The notes below the pieces were generated by a model. That model saw nothing but the letters and a program-made list of their open reading frames with translations, was not told where the DNA came from and ran no database searches. This document shows positions 9,583 to 18,590 of a stretch of 64,000 bases of DNA, in pieces. A program made the translations under genes and the position numbers. Origin of the DNA: an uncultured Desulfovibrionaceae bacterium (lineage in GTDB: Bacteria > Desulfobacterota > Desulfovibrionia > Desulfovibrionales > Desulfovibrionaceae); contig CALUUT010000068.1 in NCBI GenBank assembly GCA_944324045.1, positions 33,285-97,284 on the forward strand. Direction: 5' to 3'. Position 1 is the stretch's first letter, and each line of letters begins with the position of its first letter.

Positions 9583-10383
9583 TTATAACGGCACCTTATC
9601 ATGGCCAAGAATGGCCGCGAAATGGGGGTTCCCGGTAAAAAACGCTTTGGTTGCAAGCAGCGCCTCTTTTTGGTGCGGCTCATAGGTGACGGAGACGGAC
9701 AGGTTCAAGTCATGCAGCAAGGCGAAAAACTGAGTCCATGGAATGGTTCCGCATCCCAATCCGGCATGCGCGTCATGGCTTCCGTCATTGTCGTGCAGAT
9801 GCAGGCAGCGCAGTTTTGGAGCAAAAACGCGCATCCAGTGTTCCATGTCTTTTTTTGCATATCCCTGTGAAAAAGCGTGCCAGTGCCCTATGTCGAAACA
9901 GACGCCCGCGCCCGGTTTCGGGACGCGCTGCACGGTCTCAAGCAGGGATTCGGGATTTTCTTCCCATATATTCTCCAGAAAAAGCGGAATATCGCCCGAA
10001 ACGCTCAAAACGTCGCTCCAACACGCCGGGCTTAAGCGCCTGGGTTTTCCATCCCGGATATACTGCGGGTGTCCGATCATGTGCGTTGCACCGTACAAAA
10101 CGGCGATGCGCGCGCCGCGCACAAGCATTTCATGCATGGTTTTTTCAGGCTGCGGCAACTGTTCGCTTTCGTCTCTCATGAGAAAGGGCAGATGAACGGC
10201 GACAGGCAGCCCGGCCTCGTGAAAACGCCGCGCAACGGCCTGATGCGTTTCTTCCGGATACAGGAGGGAAACGCGATCCAGACCCAGTTCAGGGCATATG
10301 TTTTCCCGCAAAAACAGCGCGAGATATTCCGGTTGTTCCTGAGTATAGCGTACCGGCAGATTAACGAAGCACGTCATGGGCAT
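9583..10383 (-). CDS. sugar phosphate isomerase/epimerase (xylose isomerase-like TIM barrel) family protein
   Basis: ORF 9583..10395 with a TTG maximal start; ATGs at 10383 and 10377. Family-typical segments LFLENIWEE, VCFDIGHWH and LHLHDNDGSHDAHAGLG. Confidence 0.75.
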   Translation of the reverse strand: MPMTCFVNLPVRYTQEQPEYLALFLRENICPELGLDRVSLLYPEETHQAVARRFHEAGLPVAVHLPFLMRDESEQLPQPEKTMHEMLVRGARIAVLYGATHMIGHPQYIRDGKPRRLSPACWSDVLSVSGDIPLFLENIWEENPESLLETVQRVPKPGAGVCFDIGHWHAFSQGYAKKDMEHWMRVFAPKLRCLHLHDNDGSHDAHAGLGCGTIPWTQFFALLHDLNLSVSVTYEPHQKEALLATKAFFTGNPHFAAILGHDKVPL

Positions 10384-10560
10384 TCTCTTTGTCAAAATGT
10401 TTATATCATATTTATCTTATTGAAATATAAAAAATTATTTTTAACATCCCTGTCTTTTTTTATACGGTTTTTTCAACATATATAGGCGCATTGCACTGTT
10501 TCAAACAATGTAATCTTTTGGAGTGTTTAAAAAATAATTAATAATTTTAATTAATTATAT

Positions 10561-10588
10561 TTGATACAAACATTGTTTAAATTATATT
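10561..10588 (+). promoter_or_regulatory. candidate sigma70 promoter (TTGATA - 16 nt - TATATT) facing repeat copy 1
   Basis: Hexamers read directly in an AT-rich intergenic stretch. The only plus-strand content before the terminator at 10823-10870 is repeat copy 1. Confidence 0.35.
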
Positions 10589-10647
10589 GCGCACAGGATG
10601 TTTCTGCCTTGAGGATTGTTGATAACAGCCGTTTCGTCAAGAGCGAA

Positions 10648-10811
10648 AGCAATAAGGCGGCAAAACCTAAGAGACGCTTTGCGTTTGCGCCTGGGAGAGC
10701 GTGCGTTTTTTTCCAGGCCCTGCGCCCTCAGGATACCCCGCGGGAAAAGACGCGGGTGGGGCTATATGGCCTTTTGGTCTTCGGTTTCAAACCACAGAGG
10801 AAGATAGATGG
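10648..10811 (+). repeat. conserved intergenic element, copy 1 of 3 (candidate structured sRNA)
   Basis: Aligns with 22116-22270 (+) and 37412-37537 (-). Shared 5' anchor AGCAATAAGGCRGCAAA, GAAAAG-loop hairpin cccgcg/cgcggg, and a near-identical 3' block ending TCAAACCACAGAGGAAGATAGATGG. Confidence 0.6.
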
Positions 10812-10822
10812 AAATAAGGGCG

Positions 10823-10870
10823 CATGCGTCTGAAAAACAATCGTCCGCATCTGGAAAGCGGATGCGGACG
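10823..10870. terminator. bidirectional intrinsic terminator
   Basis: aaaaacaatcgtccgcatc / tggaaagc / gatgcggacgattgtttttt. A perfect long stem flanked by an A-run and a T-run. It ends pgpA (minus) and the repeat copy 1 transcript (plus). Confidence 0.85.
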
Positions 10871-10907
10871 ATTGTTTTTTACGGGAAACGGGCTGTTTTG
10901 GGAGCGG

Positions 10908-11414
10908 TCAAAAGACCGCATGCGCGACCGGGTCAAAAGGGAGAAGATACAGGAGAATTTGCAAAAGCGCGAGCGCATAGAGTCCGGCGAACGCATCGTC
11001 GATCATGATTCCCGCGCCGCCGGGCAGCCAGTTTTCCGAAGCGCGCACGGGCCAGGGTTTGAGAATGTCGAAAATCCGGAACAGGACAAACGCAAGGGCG
11101 CATGTCGCGAAACCGGCCTGGGTCACGGGCAGAAGCGTGAGCCATTGCCCCAGCACTTCATCGATGACCACTTCGCCGGGATCTTTTTTTTCAAGGATTT
11201 TTTCAGATCTGCTCGCGGCAAGGCTTCCGGTGATGAAAATAAGGGCAAGCACGCAGATGCGCCAGCCAAAACCCAGCGGCAGAAATATCCAGGGGGCCAG
11301 GATGACGGCCAGCAAAGACCCGGCTGTTCCCGGCGCCCGGGGAGAGCATCCCGCGCCAAAAGCCCTGCTGTACCAGAGCGCGAGGGCGTCGATGGTTCCC
11401 AGCTTTTTTTTCAT
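10908..11414 (-). CDS. pgpA: phosphatidylglycerophosphatase A
   Basis: MKKKLGTIDALALWY..PGTAGSLLAV..VIDEVLGQW..FRIFDILKPWP..GGAGIMIDD are PgpA signatures. The ATG at 11414 overlaps the maf stop (ATGA). Confidence 0.85.
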   Translation of the reverse strand: MKKKLGTIDALALWYSRAFGAGCSPRAPGTAGSLLAVILAPWIFLPLGFGWRICVLALIFITGSLAASRSEKILEKKDPGEVVIDEVLGQWLTLLPVTQAGFATCALAFVLFRIFDILKPWPVRASENWLPGGAGIMIDDAFAGLYALALLQILLYLLPFDPVAHAVF

Positions 11415-12028
11415 GGCGTATCTCCTGGGTTGGGCGCGATGCATCCGTGTTTGAGCAGAATGCGCACAAGATGGGACACCGGAAGGCCGACCACGCTGGT
11501 CCATGAGCCCTGTATTTCTTCGATGAGAAAAGCGCCCAGACCCTGTACGGCGTAGCTTCCGGCCTTGTCGGCCGGCTCTCCGGTGCGGATGTAAGCCTTT
11601 AAAAGGGCGTCGTCGTGCCGGCCCATGACGACGCGCGAGGCTGCAACGGTCGATTCCGCGGGAGCGTCCGGAATATGCACGACGCAGGCCGTGAACACGG
11701 TATGGGCCGCGCCGCTTAAACGGCGGAGCATGTCCAGGGAATGTTCCGGGCTTCCCGGCTTGCCGAGTATGGCCCCGTCAAGAACCACGATGGTGTCCGC
11801 CCCGATAATCACGGCGTTTGTTTCGTGCGCGGCAACTTCTGCAACCTTGGCGGATGCGGCGCGCATAACATACGCTTCAGGCGCTTCGCCGGGAAGGGGA
11901 AGAGATTCCGGCGCAACGGACGGCCTGATGCGAAAGGCGATGCCCATGTCGCTGAGAAATTGCCTGCGCCGCGGAGAAGCGGATGCAAGAACAATATCCT
12001 TAAGCGTCGTAAAGGTTCGTTTGGTCAT
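11411..12028 (-). CDS. maf: Maf-like nucleoside triphosphate pyrophosphatase
   Basis: VLASASPRRRQFL..IIGADTIVVLDG.ILGKP..GAFLIEEIQGSWTSVVGLP. The ATG at 12028 overlaps the gntR stop (ATGA). Confidence 0.85.
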   Translation of the reverse strand: MTKRTFTTLKDIVLASASPRRRQFLSDMGIAFRIRPSVAPESLPLPGEAPEAYVMRAASAKVAEVAAHETNAVIIGADTIVVLDGAILGKPGSPEHSLDMLRRLSGAAHTVFTACVVHIPDAPAESTVAASRVVMGRHDDALLKAYIRTGEPADKAGSYAVQGLGAFLIEEIQGSWTSVVGLPVSHLVRILLKHGCIAPNPGDTP

Positions 12029-12786
12029 GTCAGTATGCCTCTTCCGCTGAGCGCGCATTTCGGGCTCAAGCGCAGTTCATAGGAATAATCGGCCGCATGG
12101 TGCCGGTGAATGGAATATTCCACGGCCCTGTCGCAGGCATAGAAAAGGCGTTCCATGACCAGAACCGGGGCTCCTTCGTCCAGCTCCAGGTGCGCCGCGA
12201 CTCTGCGCGAAGCGGCTTCGGCTCTGATGATTTGCTCCGCGCCGTCGCGCACAATGCCCATGGCGTCAAGAATGTCGTGCAGGCTTTGTTCGGAGAAATT
12301 GTATTTCAGAATTTCCCGGCCAAGTTCCAGGGGCCAGTAGCTCTCAATCAGGCATACCGGCCGTGAATCCATGCATAAAAGAAGCTCGATCATGAACAGT
12401 GTTATGGATTCGAATCGTTCCAGACCGGGATGACGTTGCAAAAGTTCTTCGCCGACCTGGCATTTTTCACTGCGGATGAGCTGGGCTGAGGGCCGCGCTC
12501 CTCTGAGGCGTATCTCATCGAATATGTCCGTCAGGGCTCCCATTGCGGAAGCCACGGCATGGGTCTGGACAAAGGTTCCCTTTCCGGCCTGGCGCAAAAG
12601 CCAGCCTTCGCGGGCAAGTTCGTTTAAGGCGTGGCGCACCGTGGTGACGCTTACGCCGAATGTTTCAACCCAGTGCTTGTCAGGCGGAAAAAGCTGTCCA
12701 TGGCGCCATTCCCCGGCCATAAGACGGCGGCGTAAAGATTCCATAACCTGATAATGGAGGGGCAGTGCCCTGCGTTTGTCGATCAT
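12025..12786 (-). CDS. GntR-family (HutC/UTRA-type) transcriptional regulator
   Basis: N-terminal winged HTH (LPLHYQVMESLRRRLMAGEW..FPPDKHWVETFGVSVTTVRHALNELAREGWLLRQAGKGTFV) plus a C-terminal effector domain. Its start overlaps the bla stop. Confidence 0.85.
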   Translation of the reverse strand: MIDKRRALPLHYQVMESLRRRLMAGEWRHGQLFPPDKHWVETFGVSVTTVRHALNELAREGWLLRQAGKGTFVQTHAVASAMGALTDIFDEIRLRGARPSAQLIRSEKCQVGEELLQRHPGLERFESITLFMIELLLCMDSRPVCLIESYWPLELGREILKYNFSEQSLHDILDAMGIVRDGAEQIIRAEAASRRVAAHLELDEGAPVLVMERLFYACDRAVEYSIHRHHAADYSYELRLSPKCALSGRGILT

Positions 12787-13694
12787 GAGGCGGCCTCGTT
12801 CATGCGCGTCAATGCGTCGATGACCAGACGGGCGACATGCGCGAGAACGTCCCGGCGCATGGGCGCGTCTTTTTCAGACTGCGTGAAATAGACGGCCAGG
12901 ACCAAAGGCGCTCCTGAAGGCGGCCAGAGCACGGCGATATCATTGGTCGTCCCGTATCCGCCGCTTCCGGTCTTGTCGCCGACGGTCCATCCGGCGGGAA
13001 CGCCCGCCCGGATGCTCTCGCCGCCTGTGGTGTTCCCTTTAAGCCAGTTTTGCAGCAGCGTTCTTTGCGTTTTTCCCAGGGCGCCGCCCAGCGCGAGCGC
13101 GCGCAGGTCGGCTTCCATGGCGGCCGGGCTCGTCGTGTCGCGCGCATCGCCGGGCGTTGCGGCATTGAGCGCCGGCTCCCATCTGTTCAGGGTGAAAACA
13201 GCGTCTCCAAGTGAACGGGCGAAATCCGTGAGCGCTTCGGGACCGCCTATTTCGCGCAGGAGAAGATTGGCGGCCGTGTTGTCGCTTTGCTGCAGGGCCG
13301 CGGCGCACAGTTCGGACAGGCTCATGCCGCTGGAAAGACGCTCTTTTGTGACGGGCGACCAGGAAACAAGGTCTTTTTCCGTGTAGGCGATGTTTTTTTC
13401 CAGAAGGCCGGGCGCTGTTTCGTTTTTTTTAAGGACGGCTGCAACAAGAAGCATCTTGAAGGTGCTGCAAAACGGGAAACGCTCGTCCCTGCGGTATTCG
13501 ACGCGCCGCCCTGTGCCGGTATCTGTGGCGGAAACGCCAAGGCGTCCTCCGAATTGTTTTTCAATGCGTTGAAACTCCTGGACAAGCGAAGAAACGTCTT
13601 CTTTGGCGTATGCGTGGTTTGACGGACAGAGAAACAGGAACATCAGAAAAAAAACGTGGAGCGCGCTCAGCCCTTGCATGGCATATATTTTCAT
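12783..13694 (-). CDS. bla: class A beta-lactamase (secreted)
   Basis: All four class A signatures are in order: STFK (FPFCSTFKML), SDN (QQSDNTAANLL), the E166 loop (NRWEPALN) and KTG (GDKTGSG). Signal peptide MKIYAMQGLSALHVFFLMFLFLCPSNHAYA. The maximal ORF start at 13715 is TTG. Confidence 0.9.
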   Translation of the reverse strand: MKIYAMQGLSALHVFFLMFLFLCPSNHAYAKEDVSSLVQEFQRIEKQFGGRLGVSATDTGTGRRVEYRRDERFPFCSTFKMLLVAAVLKKNETAPGLLEKNIAYTEKDLVSWSPVTKERLSSGMSLSELCAAALQQSDNTAANLLLREIGGPEALTDFARSLGDAVFTLNRWEPALNAATPGDARDTTSPAAMEADLRALALGGALGKTQRTLLQNWLKGNTTGGESIRAGVPAGWTVGDKTGSGGYGTTNDIAVLWPPSGAPLVLAVYFTQSEKDAPMRRDVLAHVARLVIDALTRMNEAAS

Positions 13695-14171
13695 CGTTGG
13701 CGCCTTGCGGTTCAAAGGGTTATGGAAAACTTCCGGGACGGTTTCATCTTTGGGATTACGCGGAGTTCGCCTTGCGTTTCACCAAGGGAGACGATATTCG
13801 CCGAACCTCTTGGCGTTTTCGTCTCTCAACGCTATCCGGACAGGCGCAATATTTGCTGTTCCGGCTGTCTTTAAGCCGTCTGGCCGCTTTGAAGCGGCGA
13901 GCCGGCATAAGCATAGCCTTTTGAACTTCAGTTCACAATTGGTATTTAAAACGGAAATACATTCCGGTTCATGGAACATGACATATACTTTTTTCAGAAT
14001 TTTTTCATGATGGCTTTTTGCCGCAAGAGATGGAAAAGACTAAAAAAAAGAAAAAATATTGGGGATGATAATTGAGATTTTATACTGTAGTTGCTTGTAA
14101 TCGCTAAAATTTTTATTGCCTTAAAGACCCTTCAAGGCTATGGCTATTTTTAGCCATTCAAGGAGGGGAAC

Positions 14172-14492
14172 ATGAAAATTACAGGAACCGGGTTGATGCG
14201 CGAAGCCCAGATGCCGGCGCGCAGGGAAACGCAATCCGCGCCGAACGGCTTTGAGCAAGTTCTTGAGAATCAGGTCGCCCATTCCATGGGAAATATCTCA
14301 CATACTGCGCCAGCCATGGAGGGGATGCGAAATCCGCTTGGGGTGGTCAGCACCCAGGCCGCTACCGTTCTTAATCAGCATGAGATCAGTTTTTTTGAAA
14401 ACATGCTCAACCCCAGGGCCTCGCGCTATGGCAAGGAGAACGTGTACGGCTCGCAAACGTCGCCGGTTGCGAGATTTAACGGCATTGCATAA
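14172..14492 (+). CDS. hypothetical protein (106 aa)
   Basis: Strong SD AAGGAGGGG 5 nt upstream of the ATG. AT-rich promoter region upstream. No family recognised. Confidence 0.55.
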   Translation: MKITGTGLMREAQMPARRETQSAPNGFEQVLENQVAHSMGNISHTAPAMEGMRNPLGVVSTQAATVLNQHEISFFENMLNPRASRYGKENVYGSQTSPVARFNGIA

Positions 14493-14726
14493 AGACCGGC
14501 TGGACAAACGCCTGCGCGGCGTTGCGCCGGTTCCGGATGCGGCGGGAGTCGGTCCGGAAAAAGGTTCTTTTTGGCGCGGCGTTTTTTTAACGCAGAGCGC
14601 TTCTTGTCTAATGGGCGATTGCCAACCGGCTTTCAGCAGCGGTGATGAGCAGGCTGTCTTTTTTCTGGAAAATCGGACGCCGGGGCGCTCCGCCGGGCTG
14701 AAAGCTGGTTGAATTCGCATATTTTA

Positions 14727-15500
14727 TTATTCGGGCAGACGCAATTCCAATCCGACGGGGCAATGGTCCGAGCCCTGCACGTCCGGTTCAATCCAGGCGT
14801 CCACAATAGCGTCCCGCAGTTCATTGGATACAAAGAAATAGTCGATTCTCCATCCCACATTGCGTTTGCGGGCGTTCATTCTGAATGACCACCAGGTATA
14901 GGCGTCTGGAAGGCCGGCATGCACATGCCGGAAGGTGTCCACATAGCCGTGGGCCACGAATTTATCCATCCAGGCGCGTTCAATAGGCAAAAAACCCGAA
15001 ACATGTTCGTTTTCTCTGGGGCGGGCAAGGTCTATGGGGTTGTGCGCCGTGTTGAAATCGCCGCATGCGACAATAGGCTTTTGTTTGCGCAAACTCTGCG
15101 CGTAATTAAGAAACGCATCATAGAAACCAAGCTTGTATTGGAGCCTGGTTTCATCCTTTTGTCCGTTCGGGAAGTAGATATTGAAATAATGAAACCAGGG
15201 ATATTCAAGGTGCAAGACCCGGCCTTCGCCGTGAAAGGCCGGGTCAGGCAGTTCCGTGGTCACCTGGAGCGGCCGCGTCCGGGAAAACACGGCTACCCCG
15301 GAATAGCCCTTTTTCCCTTTGGATGCGTTCCAGTAGCCTGCATAGCCGGGCGGATTGCGGTGCTCCTCAGGAATTTGTTCCGGCGCGGCTTTTGTCTCCT
15401 GCAGGCCGATAATGTCTCCGCCGCATTGCGCGAACCAGCGCCAGTCGTCTTTGGCGAGCGCGGCTCGCAGCCCGTTTACATTCCACGAATACAGCTTCAT
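14727..15500 (-). CDS. xth: exodeoxyribonuclease III
   Basis: MKLYSWNVNGLRA..IIGLQETK..GYSGVA..GDFNTAHNPIDL..WWSFR....GWRIDYFFVS..SDHCPVGLEL. The ORF extends N-terminally to 15596, but homology starts at the ATG at 15500. Confidence 0.9.
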   Translation of the reverse strand: MKLYSWNVNGLRAALAKDDWRWFAQCGGDIIGLQETKAAPEQIPEEHRNPPGYAGYWNASKGKKGYSGVAVFSRTRPLQVTTELPDPAFHGEGRVLHLEYPWFHYFNIYFPNGQKDETRLQYKLGFYDAFLNYAQSLRKQKPIVACGDFNTAHNPIDLARPRENEHVSGFLPIERAWMDKFVAHGYVDTFRHVHAGLPDAYTWWSFRMNARKRNVGWRIDYFFVSNELRDAIVDAWIEPDVQGSDHCPVGLELRLPE

Positions 15501-15771
15501 GTGAATTCCTTGTGATTTTCCGGAAAAGGTCATGCTGTTTCCGGCGCATGTCCGGCGAACGGACCGGATGCGTTTTTGTATCATGGGCGCGCGCAAACGC
15601 CAAGACCGGGGAACCGGCGCCGGCCTGCGTTTCCCCTGGTTGATGGACTTTAGCCGCTAAATGGTATATTATAACCAGTTGCGTTTTGTTCACGCCGTCG
15701 TCTGGTATGTTTACTTCATCAAAGATATTTTATGGCTTGAACCTTTCACCCTGCATAAGAGAAAAAAATTA

Positions 15772-15798
15772 TTGACAAACCGGCGCGGCCGATAAAAT
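15772..15798 (+). promoter_or_regulatory. candidate sigma70 promoter for lepA-lepB (TTGACA - 15 nt - TAAAAT)
   Basis: Perfect hexamers about 140 nt upstream of lepA. The spacer is short at 15 nt. Confidence 0.4.
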
Positions 15799-15937
15799 CG
15801 TTTTCACATCTGCTCCTTAAAATAAGGGAAGTGCGAGCCCCCGCAGCTTTTGTTTGCCGGATGCGGCGGTTCGTCCCGGATAGGGGCGGCTTGCGGATTG
15901 AAACACTGGAATACGCTCCAAGGGGAACATAGCACAC

Positions 15938-17743
15938 ATGGCCAAACAGGACCATATCCGTAATTTCAGCATTATAGCGCACATCGACCATGGCAAGTCC
16001 ACTCTGGCCGACCGAATCCTGGAAATGTCCGGGCTGGTGAGCGAACGCGAAAAACGCGACCAGTATCTTGACCGCATGGACCTTGAACGCGAACGGGGGA
16101 TAACCATCAAGGCCCAGTCCGTGCGCATTCCCTATCGCGCGGCGAACGGCGAAGAATATATTCTGAATCTGATCGACACGCCCGGGCATGTGGATTTCGG
16201 CTATGAGGTTTCGCGCTCTCTGGCCGCCTGCGAAGGAGCGCTGCTCGTGGTTGATGCGACGCAGGGGGTTGAGGCTCAGACTCTGGCCAATGTCTACCTT
16301 GCGCTTGATCATAATCATGAGATCATTCCGGTGTTGAACAAGATTGATCTGGCAAGCGCCGACCCGGAGCGCGTGCGCGCTGAAATTGAAGAAGGCATCG
16401 GCTTGGACTGCTCCCATGCGCTTGAGGTGAGCGCAAAGACAGGCATGGGCGTGGACAAGGTGCTTGAAGCCATTGTGGAAAGGCTTCCAGCCCCGAACGG
16501 CGAGCCTGACGCGCCTTTGAAAGCCCTGATTTTTGATTCCTGGTATGATTCGTATCAGGGAGTGGTGGTTTTGTTTCGGATTATGGACGGGACGGTCAAA
16601 AAAGGCGACGTCATTCGATTTATGGCTACAAAACGTCAGTTTGAAGTCGCCCGGTTGGGGGTCTTTTCGCCTGAAGCCCGGGACGTGGACCGGCTGGAAG
16701 CCGGGGAAGTCGGTTTTTTGTGCGCAAACATCAAGGAGTTGGGCGACGCCCGCGTCGGGGACACCATCACGCACGCGGCGCGTCCCGCAGACGCCCCTGT
16801 TCCGGGGTTCAAGGCCGTAAAACCCATGGTCTTTTGCGGGTTGTATCCCACGGATTCCTCTGATTATGAGACTCTGAAAAACGCATTGGAAAAGCTGCAT
16901 CTTAATGATGCGTCGTTTTCGTATGAGGCTGAGACGTCTCAGGCATTGGGTTTTGGTTTTCGTTGCGGATTTCTTGGGCTTTTGCACATGGAAATCGTGC
17001 AGGAGCGGCTTGAACGCGAATTTCAAGTCGAGCTGATTGCCACAGCGCCATCCGTGGTGTACCGTGTGGAAACCACAGCCGGCCAGACCATCGAAATCGA
17101 CAATCCGAGCAAAATGCCCGACGCCGCGAAAATCGCCCGGTTATATGAGCCGTATGTGCGCATGGAAATTCATGTGCCTGACGAATATGTGGGCAATGTG
17201 CTTAAACTGTGCGAGGAAAAGCGCGGCATTCAGATTGATATGCGCTATCTGACTTCAAAGCGCGTGATCATCACCTATGAAATGCCTTTTTCGGAAATCG
17301 TGTTCGACTTTTTTGACAAGCTCAAGTCTGGAACCAAGGGATATGCGTCCATGGATTATGAAATCGTGGACTACCGCGCCGCGGATTTGGTCAAGCTTGA
17401 CATTCTCATCAACAAGGAGCCCGTGGATGCGCTCGCGGTCATTGTGCACAGGGACAAGGCCTATTATCATGGCCGGGCCGTGGCCCTGAAGCTTAAGCGC
17501 ACCATCCCGCGTCAGCTCTTTGAGGTGGTCATCCAGGCCGCCATAGGCTCCAAGATCATCGCCGCAGAACGAAACAGCGCCATGCGCAAGGATGTGACCG
17601 CAAAATGCTACGGCGGCGATATTACCCGGAAACGCAAGCTCTTGGAAAAACAGAAAGAAGGAAAAAAACGCATGAAACGCATGGGGAACGTCGAACTCCC
17701 CCAGGAAGCTTTTCTTGCCGCTTTGCGCGTGGAAGACGAGTAG
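15938..17743 (+). CDS. lepA: translation elongation factor 4 (LepA)
   Basis: [28 protein letters not shown] and NKIDL G-motifs, plus the LepA-specific C-terminus ([25 protein letters not shown]). Confidence 0.97.
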   Translation: MAKQDHIRNFSIIAHIDHGKSTLADRILEMSGLVSEREKRDQYLDRMDLERERGITIKAQSVRIPYRAANGEEYILNLIDTPGHVDFGYEVSRSLAACEGALLVVDATQGVEAQTLANVYLALDHNHEIIPVLNKIDLASADPERVRAEIEEGIGLDCSHALEVSAKTGMGVDKVLEAIVERLPAPNGEPDAPLKALIFDSWYDSYQGVVVLFRIMDGTVKKGDVIRFMATKRQFEVARLGVFSPEARDVDRLEAGEVGFLCANIKELGDARVGDTITHAARPADAPVPGFKAVKPMVFCGLYPTDSSDYETLKNALEKLHLNDASFSYEAETSQALGFGFRCGFLGLLHMEIVQERLEREFQVELIATAPSVVYRVETTAGQTIEIDNPSKMPDAAKIARLYEPYVRMEIHVPDEYVGNVLKLCEEKRGIQIDMRYLTSKRVIITYEMPFSEIVFDFFDKLKSGTKGYASMDYEIVDYRAADLVKLDILINKEPVDALAVIVHRDKAYYHGRAVALKLKRTIPRQLFEVVIQAAIGSKIIAAERNSAMRKDVTAKCYGGDITRKRKLLEKQKEGKKRMKRMGNVELPQEAFLAALRVEDE

Positions 17744-17884
17744 CGCGGCGGAGGCTTTTGGCGTTTATTCTCATGTAACCTTTTATTCAGACTCGCAAGG
17801 GCGAAAACCGGGCCGGCATGATTTTTTAAAAATGTGCAAGCGGTGTTTTTCGCGGCGGGTCTGAAGCAATGGAACGGAATCCAT

Positions 17885-18478
17885 ATGACGCCGAAAAACA
17901 AGATCATCGAGTACGGTGAAGCCATTGTTCTGGCCATAATCCTGGCCTTGTTCATCCGCACCTTTATTGTGCAGGCATTTTTCATTCCTTCGGGCTCCAT
18001 GCTTGATACGCTTCAGATCGGAGACCGGCTTTTGGTCAACAAGTTTCTTTACGGCATAAAGATTCCCTTTACGGACAAATACCTGGTGCGTTTTGCGGAC
18101 CCTCAGCGCGGGGATATCATCGTGTTCCGGTATCCTGAGGATCCGTCCGTGGATTTCATAAAACGCATCGTGGGGGTGCCGGGGGATGTCCTGTCCATGC
18201 GCGACAATGTGCTGTACCGCAACGGAGAGCCTGTGGACGAGCCCTTCGTTCGCCATGCGGATGCGGCAAATCCTCTGGCGCGCAGAAATTTTGACGAGAT
18301 CGTTGTGCCTGAGGACGAGTATTTCGTAATGGGCGACAACCGCGACAACTCCAGAGACTCTCGCTACTGGGGGTTTGTGAAGCGTTCCACAATTCATGGA
18401 AAGGCATGGCGCATTTACTGGTCTTCAAACGGCCTGAGCAATATTCGGCTTTCACGCATGGGGCGGCTGGTGGAATGA
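17885..18478 (+). CDS. lepB: signal peptidase I
   Basis: SGSMLDTL (catalytic Ser), DFIKRIVGVPGD (Lys box) and GDNRDNSRDSRYWGFV. The maximal ORF starts at GTG 17834. Confidence 0.9.
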   Translation: MTPKNKIIEYGEAIVLAIILALFIRTFIVQAFFIPSGSMLDTLQIGDRLLVNKFLYGIKIPFTDKYLVRFADPQRGDIIVFRYPEDPSVDFIKRIVGVPGDVLSMRDNVLYRNGEPVDEPFVRHADAANPLARRNFDEIVVPEDEYFVMGDNRDNSRDSRYWGFVKRSTIHGKAWRIYWSSNGLSNIRLSRMGRLVE

Positions 18479-18590
18479 TCTGTCCGGCTTGATTTCCGGG
18501 CATGCCGCGCCGGTCAGGGGTTGCTCCGTAAAAGAACATTGCAAAAGATACGTCACTCGACCCTGGAATGTGAATCCGGCAAGGAGGCTC

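Noticed and set aside
10808-11008. ORFs starting at the conserved GAGGAAGATAGATG of the three repeat copies (10808-11008, 22267-22452, 37173-37415)
   Set aside because: The three predicted peptides share no similarity beyond the start codon. One runs through a terminator and antisense into pgpA. Conservation stops at the ATG, so the element is non-coding.
14141-14155. Sigma54-like TGGCTATTTTTAGCC upstream of the 106-aa gene
   Set aside because: The GG-to-GC spacing is one nucleotide short, and the element is only about 15 nt from the ATG. It is better interpreted as a palindrome.
15788-15795. GCCGATAA, a perfect sigma28 -10 box, upstream of lepA
   Set aside because: There is no TAAA -35 element at the required 15-nt spacing, and lepA is not a flagellar gene. 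The same bases fit a sigma70 TTGACA/TAAAAT pair better.
15746-17026. 426-aa minus-strand ORF
   Set aside because: It is antisense to lepA, whose identity is unambiguous. The translation is Arg/Pro/Gly-rich with no family resemblance.
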